Counted from the first letter of the stretch, positions 24,589 to 35,007 are shown. The stretch: 60,514 nucleotides of DNA from a virus (IMGVR_UViG_3300031951_000164:1-60514), one strand, 5' to 3'. Notes: generated by a model not told the origin, from the sequence alone. Program-made: numbers and translations.

Positions 24589-25985
24589 TCAAAAGAAAAG
24601 TTCTTGAATTTCTCGTATTTGTCTCCATGACCATTCATCATAGGTTTGTATGATTGCTGCGGTGGCGGTTCGTCCTGCCCTGAGTCGGCGATCTGAGTCT
24701 GAGCCACATCATACAGCCTCATTCTGGCTCGGTCGATCCCAAGAACGAACCTCTTATTACTGGATGGATCAGAGAATCGATTCTTGAGTTGTTTCACAAG
24801 GATCTGATTGACGGCATCAAGCTGTTCGGTTGCAACGATGGAGATCATAAAGTCAACGGTTGCCGCAGTTCCAAAGCTCTCGGAGATATCTTCCATTCCT
24901 GGGTCAGAGTTGGAGAAACCAGAACGAGTCGTTTGAGTTGCAGTTACAACAGGAACATCAAACTCAACCGCAAGTCCACGAAGCTCCTCGGCAATTGCTT
25001 TGATGTAGGAATAGCTGTTAACGTTCGCTCCATGCTTCAAACGAGAAGAGGCGCAGATGTTCATGTAATCGATGAAGATTATATCTGGAACAAAGTTACG
25101 CTTGAGCGCCAGATCATTCAACAATGCACGGAAGTGAGCCGATGACGCCGAAGCTGTAGGATATTCCTTGATGATCAGCTTACCCTTGGTCTTCGACTCA
25201 AGGTTGCGTATCTTCTTCAGATAGATATCCTTCGGCATCGTTTCCAACTCGTCGACACGAACGTTCAATAGATTGGCGTCAATCCGCTCGGCGATACGTT
25301 CTTCTGCCATTTCCATAGTGATGTACAGAACGTTTTGATTCTCAGTCAATGCTGACGCCGCCATATGACACATGAACAGAGACTTACCGACACCTGTACC
25401 TGCAAGAATACAAGAAAGAGTTTTCCTAGGCAATCCACCGCGAGTGATCTTGTTCATGTACTCAAGATCAAACGGAATGCGTTTCTCCGTTCGATGATAA
25501 AACTCATATCGCTTTTCCGCGTTGTCGATATAGTCGTGACCGACGTAAGGATCAAAGGAAACTGATAGCGCATCAGTCAACAGAGAGGGAATTGCTCCCT
25601 TGCTGAACTGTTTGTTAGATCCATCAAGAATATGAATGGACTCTAGGATGGCATTGTGAATGGCTTTCTCTTGGCAGAACTTCTCGGAAGATTCAAGAAG
25701 CCATTGATCGTCGCTAACATCATCGTTTGTTTTGACTTCATCAATGATGTCAATGGCTTCTTGAAACTCATCAGCAATCAATCCTGGACGATTACTGAGT
25801 TCAACTCTGATCGATTCATACGAAGGGATCTTGTTGTACTTATGAATGAACTTCGATACTTCCTGTAGAACTGTTCGTTCTGTTTTATCGTGGAAGTAAT
25901 CTTCTTTAATGAACGGCAGAATCTTTCGAGCGAACTGTTCGTTTTGGAACAGGTTCTTCAATATAATCTTCTCTATGCTCATCAT
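24585..25985 (-). CDS. 41: replicative DnaB-like helicase (T4 gp41)
   Basis: AGTGVGKS, TMEMAEERIAERID, IDYMNI and QLKNR motifs. Confidence 0.95.
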   Translation of the reverse strand: MMSIEKIILKNLFQNEQFARKILPFIKEDYFHDKTERTVLQEVSKFIHKYNKIPSYESIRVELSNRPGLIADEFQEAIDIIDEVKTNDDVSDDQWLLESSEKFCQEKAIHNAILESIHILDGSNKQFSKGAIPSLLTDALSVSFDPYVGHDYIDNAEKRYEFYHRTEKRIPFDLEYMNKITRGGLPRKTLSCILAGTGVGKSLFMCHMAASALTENQNVLYITMEMAEERIAERIDANLLNVRVDELETMPKDIYLKKIRNLESKTKGKLIIKEYPTASASSAHFRALLNDLALKRNFVPDIIFIDYMNICASSRLKHGANVNSYSYIKAIAEELRGLAVEFDVPVVTATQTTRSGFSNSDPGMEDISESFGTAATVDFMISIVATEQLDAVNQILVKQLKNRFSDPSSNKRFVLGIDRARMRLYDVAQTQIADSGQDEPPPQQSYKPMMNGHGDKYEKFKNFSFD

Positions 25986-26364
25986 TTGGTTTCTGTTCCT
26001 TTCTCTCTTTGTCATACTCAATGGTTTGCCAGAAAATTGACAGAAGAATGTTTCCCACGGTTTTTAGGAACTTCTTATCTTGATAGAAGTCTTTCCTGAG
26101 CTTGTCAGTAAACTGGATCACCTCAATATTATACGTTGCATCTGCCGTGCCGTCAACGTTTTCGTCGCCAATTTTTATAGTGTCATAGCAGTACACAACT
26201 CCAGCATATCTGCCTTTCCGAATGCGAATTGGAAGAGTCTGAGATTTTTCGACAGAAACGTCAATCGCATATTCGTAGAAGTCATCAGGGGCATAGTATT
26301 TGTTCCTGTATGCTATACCCAGCTTCTCAATTTTACTCTGTATCCACTTCATCATCTTCGTCAT
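25906..26364 (-). CDS. hypothetical protein in the T4 gp40 position
   Basis: between uvsX and 41; IRIRKGRYAGVVYCY..VGNIL. Confidence 0.55.
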   Translation of the reverse strand: MTKMMKWIQSKIEKLGIAYRNKYYAPDDFYEYAIDVSVEKSQTLPIRIRKGRYAGVVYCYDTIKIGDENVDGTADATYNIEVIQFTDKLRKDFYQDKKFLKTVGNILLSIFWQTIEYDKERKEQKPNDEHREDYIEEPVPKRTVRSKDSAVH

Positions 26365-27397
26365 CTCCTGCTATGCCAAGAATGGGAGTGCTTGATACCA
26401 TGTAGGTCTTCTTCACATATTCTTGAAATTGTTTCGAGTTTAGTATAGGGTTCCAGAAAGATTCAGTGTCAGTATCCTTCAGACGATACTTCTTGTCTTC
26501 CATAGCACCAGTCGTAAGATCAGTTTTGGCATACCATCCATTAGAAGGTTTCTGTACAAATCCACCCTCCAAAGCAATGTCAAGCAACCCCGACCATTTA
26601 CTTATACCACCCTCAAACGACACAGATACAGGGATCTTGGACTTCTCGCGAACGTAACGAGACTTCTCCACGTTGATGATGAAGTTGTAACCAACGATTT
26701 CAGTTCCTTCTTTTTCTTGCTGACGACCAAGGATGAAAATGTTATCAGCAGAATAGTAAGAACCAGTGCCGCCACCAACGATATCTTTAGGATAAAGACC
26801 AATTTCCTTGTAGGTGTGATTCACAACAACCATCGGAATGTCTTTCATCGTCAGGTGGGGCGTGATCATACGGAACAACGATTTGATTTGTTTTGCGCGA
26901 CTCATATCCGCAACGGACTTTTGATCCAGCGCATCTTCTACTTCTTTCTTCGAAGCAAGGTTGCCGATCGAATCAATCACGATGATGAGTTTATCAGTAC
27001 GATCAACGTTTGTCAGCTGCTGCATGATATCAAACTTGAGTTGCTCAACATCAGTGATAGGAGTATGAAGAACTCGATCCTGATCAATACCAAACGAAGT
27101 GAAGTACGATTGCGGAGTACCAAACTCAGAATCATAGAACAACAAAGCAGAGTCAGGATACTTGTCAAGATATGCTTTTGCCATCAGCAACGAGAAGCAA
27201 GTCTTGAAGTGTTTTGATGGACCAGCCCACATGGTCAGACCTGGAGTGAGTCCGCCGTCAAGACGACCAGACAACGCAACGTTGATAACGGGAACCGAAG
27301 TTGTAATCATATCCTTGTCAGTGAAGAACTTCGACTTCGCCAGAATAGCAGATTCTTTGATTGTAGAATTTTTCTTAATCTTATCCAAAATACTCAT
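26333..27397 (-). CDS. uvsX: RecA-like recombinase UvsX
   Basis: AGPSKHFKT, YDSEFG, DSIGNLASKKE and GGGTGSYYSAD motifs. Confidence 0.95.
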   Translation of the reverse strand: MSILDKIKKNSTIKESAILAKSKFFTDKDMITTSVPVINVALSGRLDGGLTPGLTMWAGPSKHFKTCFSLLMAKAYLDKYPDSALLFYDSEFGTPQSYFTSFGIDQDRVLHTPITDVEQLKFDIMQQLTNVDRTDKLIIVIDSIGNLASKKEVEDALDQKSVADMSRAKQIKSLFRMITPHLTMKDIPMVVVNHTYKEIGLYPKDIVGGGTGSYYSADNIFILGRQQEKEGTEIVGYNFIINVEKSRYVREKSKIPVSVSFEGGISKWSGLLDIALEGGFVQKPSNGWYAKTDLTTGAMEDKKYRLKDTDTESFWNPILNSKQFQEYVKKTYMVSSTPILGIAGDDEDDEVDTE

Positions 27398-27408
27398 AGT
27401 ATTCTCCT

Positions 27409-29997
27409 TTATGAAAATAAATCTTCAAGCGAACTGGATTCTTCTGCCTTCCAACCAATCGAATCCAAAACAATTTGTAGAGGGTCTAGAAACGTTTTCT
27501 CGAAGAGCATATTGTAATGCACCTTGTCTTGAATATCAAACTCTTTCGGAATATCATCATGAAACGAAAGAACATTGCTGTTGAGTTTGTTCGGTTGCTT
27601 CAAATACACGAACTTAATCTTGTCGCCATCTTCGATCTTGGGGTACTTCTTCTCCAGCTTCAGAACATCAAGCATGTGATTGTAAATCAACGCACCCTTG
27701 GTGTGGATCGGTGTTCCTAATTTGTATGGCGCCTGACGTAGTGCATTGATATCACCACGCACATCCTTGAGCTTGACTCCATATTCCTTTATACCATTCA
27801 CGCCGCGAGGAAATGCAATGTCAGACAATGGGGCGCTGTTATACTCCGAGCGGAAGTCTGATATAAACTTCCGAAGATCCAATTCGCTGCCACCAAGAAT
27901 AATCTTGAATGCCTGCTTAATCTTGTTGCGGCAGATTAATGGAGTTGAAGACTTGATTGCCTCAAGACCCATGATCTTCATCTTGGGTTCTGCGTACTCA
28001 ACTCCTTCGTTGTTGTACACGTTGATGATATATCGTTTCTTCGCAGTCCAGATTGCACGATCGCCCAACGCTTCTCGCTTCATGTCCATCGTTTGGTCAA
28101 ATGCAGAAACATATTCTGCAAGTTCAGCGTAGCACTTGCTTATATAAGGTTGTATTTTATCGTTACACGCAGCGTCCATGAACTGAATAACTTTGCGTTT
28201 GTCTGATATGTTCTTACCGAATACTTTCTTGACCAACTCATCGAAACGAATGTAAACTGAGTCAGTATCCGAGGCGATCACATAATCCACATTGGTATTA
28301 AGAAGTTTGTTGAGATAATCGTTGATGCGATTCTCGATCCAACGAATTGACAACTGACCTGACAGAGTAATTCCTTCGGCGATACGAATATCATAGAACC
28401 TGAAGAATTTATTGCCACACGCACCATAAGCTGAGTTCAAACAAACCTTCTTTGCCATCTGCAGATTCTTGTATCTTGAAACTCTGTTGACAATATCTGC
28501 AACATCTTTCATTCCTGCTTTCTTGGCAGCTTCTAGTTCTTTCTCTGCTTGAGTCATGAGATTCTTATATCGTTTACGATCAGCAAACATCTGTCGCATC
28601 AGCGTGGCAAGAAATCCTTCCTTCTCTGTGCGAAATAGCTGACCATTCGGACACAGCGTCATCTTGAGATTCTTGAGCTTGTCTGTGTTTACTTCACGCG
28701 CAAGCATAGAATCGACGTTGATATTTTGAGAAATAACGCGATGCATCTCTTCGGTATATTCTGTCGGATGAACCAATGTCTCTGGTGAGATATTGTACAT
28801 CATTATCAAACTGGGATATAGAGAAGTCAAGTCAAAGGAAGCAACCCAGTCGTGCATGCCAACCTGCACATCTTTCACATATCCACCAGCATACTGAGCT
28901 GATTTCGTATGATCGTCATTCGGCGGGATGATAATTCCCTTGCTTCGCAGGTGATTGTAGATGATAACATCCCACATAAGAACCTGAGAAAATACATCAT
29001 CGAAGTTTGTCTTTGAGTCATAAGCAAGGGTCATCGCCAACTCAATCAGCTTCATCTTCTTCTCAAGATTGAAGACAAGCTCAACGTCTTTGATGTTGTA
29101 CTCGATGAACTTTTGATAGTTTGTCTTGTACAGCTCAAGAAGAGAACCATACTCAGAGTAATCCAGCTTCTTCTCGCCGAGTTCAACGCTAGCAATGTTA
29201 TCTAGACGAAATGAATCTTGGTTTGGGTTCGGCGCATACTTTCGATACAGTTCAATGTAATCAAGAGAAACGACGCCAACGATATCGTATGTCTTGGCTT
29301 CCTTGCCCTTGAATGTAGCAGTGCGCTCATTCAAACGATTCCAAGGAGACATCCTTCTGGCAATGTCATTGCCAAGAACATTTGTTATACGATTGATCAG
29401 ATAGGGAATATCGAAGAACTTACTATTCCAACCAGTGATGATGTCAGGATGACAAGATGCCCAGACCTCAACGAATTCTTTGAGCATCGAATATTCAGAA
29501 GTGAACATTCGATAGTTGACGTCATCGCGACAGTTGTTGTATTCTTGGCACCCGAATACTTGATATGTACCATTCACGAACAACGTGATGGCAGTGATTT
29601 CCTTGTTCGCTAAATCAGGTTCTGGGAACCCCTCGTCCGACGCAACCTCAATGTCGATGTAAGCGACGCAAATTTTATCAGCCTCCCATGGAATCTCTTT
29701 GGGAAATGCTTCCGAGATAAATGCGTATGGGTATCGAGTAAATCCGTAGATCTTGAAGTTCTCGATACCGTCATACTTTTTAACGAAGTCTCTCGCTTCG
29801 GAAATTGATGTGAAGGGAAGTTCCTCGAGATACTCACCCTGAAGCGTCTTCCACTCCGTTTTCTTATTCGCCTTAGTGTAGAGTTTAGGAGAATATTGAA
29901 TTTTCTTGGCGATTCGTTTGCCATTGTGCACGCCTCTGAAAAGGATGTTATCGCCAAGAACTTCGACGTTGGTATAAAACATATCTGCTCCATTCAT
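27409..29997 (-). CDS. 43: family B DNA polymerase (T4 gp43)
   Basis: DIEV exonuclease, FDLTSLYP, KVCLNSAYG, DTDS, KKRY; C-terminal SSSLEDLFS clamp motif. Confidence 0.97.
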   Translation of the reverse strand: MNGADMFYTNVEVLGDNILFRGVHNGKRIAKKIQYSPKLYTKANKKTEWKTLQGEYLEELPFTSISEARDFVKKYDGIENFKIYGFTRYPYAFISEAFPKEIPWEADKICVAYIDIEVASDEGFPEPDLANKEITAITLFVNGTYQVFGCQEYNNCRDDVNYRMFTSEYSMLKEFVEVWASCHPDIITGWNSKFFDIPYLINRITNVLGNDIARRMSPWNRLNERTATFKGKEAKTYDIVGVVSLDYIELYRKYAPNPNQDSFRLDNIASVELGEKKLDYSEYGSLLELYKTNYQKFIEYNIKDVELVFNLEKKMKLIELAMTLAYDSKTNFDDVFSQVLMWDVIIYNHLRSKGIIIPPNDDHTKSAQYAGGYVKDVQVGMHDWVASFDLTSLYPSLIMMYNISPETLVHPTEYTEEMHRVISQNINVDSMLAREVNTDKLKNLKMTLCPNGQLFRTEKEGFLATLMRQMFADRKRYKNLMTQAEKELEAAKKAGMKDVADIVNRVSRYKNLQMAKKVCLNSAYGACGNKFFRFYDIRIAEGITLSGQLSIRWIENRINDYLNKLLNTNVDYVIASDTDSVYIRFDELVKKVFGKNISDKRKVIQFMDAACNDKIQPYISKCYAELAEYVSAFDQTMDMKREALGDRAIWTAKKRYIINVYNNEGVEYAEPKMKIMGLEAIKSSTPLICRNKIKQAFKIILGGSELDLRKFISDFRSEYNSAPLSDIAFPRGVNGIKEYGVKLKDVRGDINALRQAPYKLGTPIHTKGALIYNHMLDVLKLEKKYPKIEDGDKIKFVYLKQPNKLNSNVLSFHDDIPKEFDIQDKVHYNMLFEKTFLDPLQIVLDSIGWKAEESSSLEDLFS

Positions 29998-30006
29998 GAT
30001 GAGGTT

Positions 30007-30035
30007 ATTATACTATGCGCAGATATAAAAATCAA
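30007..30035 (-). promoter_or_regulatory. sigma70-type promoter for gp43
   Basis: TTGATT-17-TATAAT. Confidence 0.6.
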
Positions 30036-30220
30036 CGTCGTTTTTTGTTTTTGATTTCCGATGCGATTTTCTTTTTGTCAGCCAACTCGCCATTGACATA
30101 GATCTGATCGAGGATCATTCCATATCTGTTCTTACCAACAACAAGACTGTGTCCGTTGAACTCTTTGATCTTGTAGCCGTATTCTAGAAACAGATCTTTC
30201 AAATCATTAAGACAGTGCAT
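30032..30220 (-). CDS. hypothetical protein
   Basis: 62 aa, TAATG coupling. Confidence 0.6.
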   Translation of the reverse strand: MHCLNDLKDLFLEYGYKIKEFNGHSLVVGKNRYGMILDQIYVNGELADKKKIASEIKNKKRR

Positions 30221-30972
30221 TAAACCACCCAGGGAAGGTTACCACCATATCTCCGCAGCATTTCGGCGTTGCCTTGAAGGAAGAACTCCTTCTGTACAGA
30301 CATAGGGTTGTTGCCTACAGTATAGTTGACCGTATGCGCGTATGTCGGAAGGAAGTTGTTGAAGTGTTGGCGTAGATTCGCGCAAAGGACGCGATCAACT
30401 TCTGGCACTCCAGGTTCTCTCGCCTTTCGATACCAAAGTGGACTGACTGAAACAGCCACGTCTTTTCTTAGGAAGTAACAGTTGACGTCAACGAAGTAAT
30501 CTTCAGGATGAAGAACGCTGGGATATACGCCAAGAGATTCGCAGTCGTCTCGGCAGATAAAGTTCTTATCTTTGTCTTGAATGTTACGGAACGAGAATGT
30601 CCAATGCTTTCCTTGCATCATCACATTCATACAAGATTGAACGTGTTCTGGATGCAGCGTGTTATCGTCGTCAAGATACATGACGAAATCGCCGTCAGCA
30701 AGATATGTTCCTGCTCCATACATTCGATGACCATTCCACCTCTCAATACCAACGGGAGTAGGAAGATCGATGACATCTAAAGAACAATGCATCTTATGCA
30801 GATATGCATCATCAATCAACTTCATCGCCTTGTCTTTATGGGCTGGACCATCGACGAAGACAAGATGCTGAATGTTTGTGTATGTCTGATTATGTACGCT
30901 CTCAATCACATCCGTGAGTAAAGGATTCGCTGACGTTGCCGTGATGACAGTTACTAGCGGACCTTGACTCAT
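30220..30972 (-). CDS. glycosyltransferase family 2 (GT-A)
   Basis: LVTVIT..SVHNQTY..VFVDG, YLDDDN DxD motif. Confidence 0.85.
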   Translation of the reverse strand: MSQGPLVTVITATSANPLLTDVIESVHNQTYTNIQHLVFVDGPAHKDKAMKLIDDAYLHKMHCSLDVIDLPTPVGIERWNGHRMYGAGTYLADGDFVMYLDDDNTLHPEHVQSCMNVMMQGKHWTFSFRNIQDKDKNFICRDDCESLGVYPSVLHPEDYFVDVNCYFLRKDVAVSVSPLWYRKAREPGVPEVDRVLCANLRQHFNNFLPTYAHTVNYTVGNNPMSVQKEFFLQGNAEMLRRYGGNLPWVV

Positions 30973-31184
30973 AGATCACCATTCTTAATGCACTTCTCGA
31001 ATGTAGAGAACAACTTATTGAACCGCAGTTCATAGATGTGTTCCATACCGATAAGAATGTTTGCTATCTGGTCTTCTGACATTGGAGTTGGTCCGTCCAT
31101 CAGCATTTCATTAAGAAGTCTGATGTCATCGACAACATTCCACGCTTTCATAATATCTTGTTCAAGATCAAATCGATTAACCAT
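30969..31184 (-). CDS. conserved hypothetical protein
   Basis: RFDLEQDIMKAWNVVDDI motif, AAGGAG SD. Confidence 0.7.
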   Translation of the reverse strand: MVNRFDLEQDIMKAWNVVDDIRLLNEMLMDGPTPMSEDQIANILIGMEHIYELRFNKLFSTFEKCIKNGDL

Positions 31185-31629
31185 TTCGACGCTTCTCCTT
31201 ACGAAATTTAAATTTAGGACCATCAACAGTGATTCTTACCATCGGGCTGTTAATGCTGGATCGAGTATAATCCCGACCACCATCAACCATGTGATTGCCT
31301 TTCACAACACAATCATGACGATATCGAGAAACGATAACCTCACCATCATCACAAAGAACACCATATATTGGTTGTGAAAATACAGGCGATGCGTTTGTTA
31401 TGTAGACAACACCATCGCGAATCAGGATTCCAAAGTAATGACTATGACCTTTGCTAAGATCAGGATTTGGAGTATAGAATACATCGATTGGTTCGTATGT
31501 CCAACCGCCACCCTTGGCAATGGTGCACCAATAGCCCATGTATTTGCCACCATATTGTTGTTCTATCTGACGAATGCCTTCCTCGCTAAGATGATAACCT
31601 TTGGTGGGAGTCTTAATATGTCTCTTCAT
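31177..31629 (-). CDS. conserved hypothetical protein
   Basis: SRYRHD..VDGGRDY motif. Confidence 0.7.
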   Translation of the reverse strand: MKRHIKTPTKGYHLSEEGIRQIEQQYGGKYMGYWCTIAKGGGWTYEPIDVFYTPNPDLSKGHSHYFGILIRDGVVYITNASPVFSQPIYGVLCDDGEVIVSRYRHDCVVKGNHMVDGGRDYTRSSINSPMVRITVDGPKFKFRKEKRRNG

Positions 31630-31974
31630 TCACAGCACCTCATTTTTTCTACCCCAACCTTTGATATCGGCGTTGGCTTCTCCTCCCACATATATGTAGT
31701 TAGACTTGTGCATCGGCGCAACGAACATCTTCTTGCGCTCGATTTCTTTCTGAGCAGTCAACTCGCGCTCAAGCATTTCACCTTCGTACCGAACAGGAAC
31801 CCTGACCTGTATTGGACGAATATCAGCAGAAGGAATGGCATCGGCTGCAGTAGCCTGCCTCGGTTTCACTATTAGTGGAGTGAATTCTGGTTTGTACTTT
31901 TGAGCGACGTTGGTCAGAACGACCTTGCGCTTCTTCTTTGGTTTGTAGGTTGGAACCTTACCGAAGACCATCAT
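31630..31974 (-). CDS. basic hypothetical protein
   Basis: APMHKSNYIY C-terminal motif. Confidence 0.65.
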   Translation of the reverse strand: MMVFGKVPTYKPKKKRKVVLTNVAQKYKPEFTPLIVKPRQATAADAIPSADIRPIQVRVPVRYEGEMLERELTAQKEIERKKMFVAPMHKSNYIYVGGEANADIKGWGRKNEVL

Positions 31975-32150
31975 TACTTTGCTTCCTCGCAGTTGTACAG
32001 CTTACCACGAATTATAATATCTTGCGCTCGTTTGTCAACTTGTTTTTCTCGTTCTTGAAAATAATGCTGAGTGAATCCAACAATCAACATTGAGAATGCA
32101 GCTGCTGCAGCAATAATTGCAAGGACGTCAATGTAATCTTTTATTCTCAT
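31974..32150 (-). CDS. small membrane protein (58 aa, not in ORF track)
   Basis: MRIKDYIDVLAIIAAAAAFSMLIVGF...; ATGA and TAATG coupling. Confidence 0.6.
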   Translation of the reverse strand: MRIKDYIDVLAIIAAAAAFSMLIVGFTQHYFQEREKQVDKRAQDIIIRGKLYNCEEAK

Positions 32151-32419
32151 TCTCGCACCTCAACTAACACGGCGCCAAGTGCGCCCTCGAGAGGAGCGAC
32201 GCTCTTGATGCGATTGCGAATGTGGAACGGGTTGCGCTTGAGCTGAGTGAACGTCCGCCCACGCTTGTCGAAGTTCTTGATGGGCTTCGGAAACCAGATC
32301 TGCTCAGTCGTACCCTGCTTGATGTAGGCATACAGCTTGTTGCCGTCAAGTAGATAGGTGTGATTGGCAGTGCGAGGCGACGCCCACTGAGTCGTTTCCT
32401 TGAAAGCCAGCAATTGCAT
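32147..32419 (-). CDS. conserved hypothetical early protein
   Basis: ETTQW..NHTYLL..FDKRGRTF; GGAG SD and its own promoter. Confidence 0.7.
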   Translation of the reverse strand: MQLLAFKETTQWASPRTANHTYLLDGNKLYAYIKQGTTEQIWFPKPIKNFDKRGRTFTQLKRNPFHIRNRIKSVAPLEGALGAVLVEVRE

Positions 32420-32442
32420 ACATGAACTCCTATTGAGCCGTT

Positions 32443-32471
32443 ATTCTACCGTGGGTCAAGTTGAAAGTCAA
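32443..32471 (-). promoter_or_regulatory. sigma70-type early promoter
   Basis: TTGACT-17-TAGAAT. Confidence 0.7.
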
Positions 32472-33040
32472 GCCGCGACCTCCACGCGCTCGAATTTGGC
32501 GCGATTGATCAGCGTCTGCTTTTCACCACGGAACTCCTGGTGAGCCTTGACCTTGGCGGTCAGGTTCACGACGTCGCCTTTCTCGACGCTGATGAAGTTC
32601 TTGGTCTTGAAGACCAGACGGTTGCCCGCCTCGTCGCGGAGCAGATACATCTCCTGGCTGTCGCGATCGTAGTAGGAGAACGAACGGGCACCGATCGTGA
32701 GAACAGCCTCAACCTTGACGTTGGTGAGGGAGATCTTGCCGCCCTCGTCGCCAACGAACGAACCGAGCGCAGCCATCTCGAGGCGCTTCGCCTCCCACTC
32801 TGCCTTCTTGGCAGCATCCCGCTCGATGCAACGCAGGACGGCATCGAACTGCTTGTCGGTCAGCTTGCCGTAGGTGACATACGAATCCAACAGGCTGGCA
32901 GCGAAATCGCCGCGAGCGCTGTAGAGCCAGTTGACAACTTCCTGAGCGCGATCGCGCTTCAGGAACGTCTTGCGAGCGTTGTTGACGATATTGCGACGCA
33001 CTGCGCGGTCATAGGCAGAGTGGTTTTCGATGTAGCTCAT
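32468..33040 (-). CDS. early protein with C-terminal OB-fold-like domain
   Basis: GKLTDKQ helix motif; DEAGNRLVF..GDVVNLTAKVKAH..GEKQTLINR; GC-rich codons. Confidence 0.6.
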   Translation of the reverse strand: MSYIENHSAYDRAVRRNIVNNARKTFLKRDRAQEVVNWLYSARGDFAASLLDSYVTYGKLTDKQFDAVLRCIERDAAKKAEWEAKRLEMAALGSFVGDEGGKISLTNVKVEAVLTIGARSFSYYDRDSQEMYLLRDEAGNRLVFKTKNFISVEKGDVVNLTAKVKAHQEFRGEKQTLINRAKFERVEVAA

Positions 33041-33071
33041 AAGAGGCTCCGAAGTTCAAGGTACAGGAGGA

Positions 33072-33333
33072 ATTATGACCGAATCCAACCAAGATGTAAA
33101 GAAAAACAATTCCTTGCAAATCAATGACTTACACAATCCCACTGCTAAGTTCTTGATTTATAAGGAGTTTATCCAATCGGTAATTTTACGCTTTTCTGCT
33201 TGCAAGAAATCGGCGGGAAATACCCACCTCGTCTCCCACTTTTAAAGCAAATTTTTGTAAGTCATTGATTTCATTAGAGAAAGTCTTGCAGGTGAACTTC
33301 AATACCCTTCTGCTAAGTCATTGATTCATAAGG
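33072..33333 (-). repeat. promoter/IHF-site cassette, copy 2 (full)
   Basis: TTTACA-17-CATAAT (33072-33100); IHF-consensus sites at 33119, 33146, 33258, 33314; box at 33178. Confidence 0.85.
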
Positions 33334-33811
33334 ACTTTTTTTCGACGACAACCCCAGCTCGCCTCAGCAGGTCGATCCCGTCCGTTCGCCGATACTCAGC
33401 CCCATACCGGACCACCCCCACTCCAGCCTGCAGTATCGCCTTGGAGCACTCAACGCAAGGCGCATGCGTTATGTACATGGTCGCGTCAAGGCAAGAATCG
33501 TGCGAGCGCGCAACTTTTAGTAGACAATTTATTTCCGAATGAATAACGAAAGGTTTCGTGACGAGCATTTCTGGTGTTATAGTTCTACTTTCGACATCGT
33601 GGTGTTCTGGTATAATTTCCTCACACTCATTTTCAAACCCTGCTGGCATACCATTCCAACCAAAGGAAATTATATTTCCGTTTTTGACTAGCACGCTTCC
33701 GACTTGCAACCTTCGAGCATATGACATTTTCGCCACCCTCTCAGCCAAATCGAAATAGAAGTCATCATATCTTTTTCGTTTTAGTTCTTCCTTCGTACCA
33801 ACCATTATCAA
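33326..33811 (-). CDS. cd: dCMP deaminase
   Basis: MSYARRLQVG, GWNGMPAG, HSE and PCVEC Zn motifs. Confidence 0.92.
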   Translation of the reverse strand: MIMVGTKEELKRKRYDDFYFDLAERVAKMSYARRLQVGSVLVKNGNIISFGWNGMPAGFENECEEIIPEHHDVESRTITPEMLVTKPFVIHSEINCLLKVARSHDSCLDATMYITHAPCVECSKAILQAGVGVVRYGAEYRRTDGIDLLRRAGVVVEKKSL

Positions 33812-34463
33812 TTTCCTCGTCTGTTCGGATCAGTTTACTATTAGTTCCATCTGTTATCCATTTTTTCTTAACCCTTTCTATTTGTCCAGTTCGAACTAAT
33901 TCCCAATATTTGTTAGATATTTTTTTACAGTGCCCATTTTCTGCATTTATTTTTCCTTGGGATTTCCCACCCAACGTACAAGATTTCAATCTTATGGTTG
34001 AGTCGAAGAAAGAATTTTTATTTTCTCTTCTGCAAGTATCTGCGCCTTTTTTGCCATACTGGATTCTTTGTTCTTTCGTTAATTCCGATTGAACTCGTTT
34101 CATATGTCCCGATTTAGAATTTATTGATCCTTGTACTCTTCCTCCGAGAGAAGCATTTGTTTTCGCTTCTTCATCAGAAACCTCTCTTCCATAAAAAAGA
34201 GAAAGCCCAACTAATCCAGATTCCTTTCTTTTTTTATTACACGCCGTTCCTCCGAGGCTAGCTCGCAATTTAACGAATTCTTCGTCTTTGTTTTTTCCAG
34301 AAAGCATAAAGTAAGCACAAAGATCTTCGAATTTACCGAATTCCTCATATAAAGACATATGCGCCTGCGCGTGTTCTTCTACAGTGAGTTCAATTAAATT
34401 AGAGGGATCGTCTGAACCTCCCATATGTTTTGGTATGATGTGGTGTTTGTGTTTCATCGACAT
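33765..34463 (-). mobile_element. free-standing HNH homing endonuclease
   Basis: HHIIPKHMGGSDDPSNLIELTVEEHAQAH; repeated LGG..QG.IN...GH units; KWITDG..GWYEGR C-terminus; AT-rich. Confidence 0.85.
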
Positions 34464-34599
34464 ACTAACTCCATTAAAATTGGGATACTTAGTATATAGT
34501 CGAGTTATTCACGCTGAGATCAATAAATTTAAAATTATTTTACAAGAGAGAGCCTTGCGACTCTCTCCGCGACATCATGATATAGAGCATCAAATTTGT

Positions 34600-35007
34600 T
34601 CAAAGGATCTCCAGCTTCCTAGTCTTACTCTCAGGAAGCACTCGGCGAAGATGAATATAAAGAATGCCATTTTCCAACTTTGTCTTATCTACTGCGACGC
34701 TGTCGGCAAGAGTGAATTTCTTGATGAACCCTCTTGATGCAAGACCGCGAAGAAGATAGTTCCTGTCTTCCTTCTCTGGTTTGTTGGCGACAATATGCAA
34801 AACATTGTCTTCTTCGAGGTTGATTTCAAGATCTTCTTTGGCGAAACCAGCGACGGCGATTTCAATAGTATAATCAACGTCAGAACTCTGGACAATATTG
34901 TACGGTGGATAACCTATAGCGGTCTTCGCCTGCACGGGATCCATATTAAAGAAGACGCGGCGAAATGAGTCTAGAGCGAGGCTGTTGAGAAAATAGTCTG
35001 TGGTCAT
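34600..35007 (-). CDS. hsp20: small heat-shock protein (Hsp20/IbpA-like)
   Basis: YPPYNI, IEIAVAGF, RGLASRGF and ENGILYI motifs; AAGGAG SD. Confidence 0.92.
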   Translation of the reverse strand: MTTDYFLNSLALDSFRRVFFNMDPVQAKTAIGYPPYNIVQSSDVDYTIEIAVAGFAKEDLEINLEEDNVLHIVANKPEKEDRNYLLRGLASRGFIKKFTLADSVAVDKTKLENGILYIHLRRVLPESKTRKLEIL

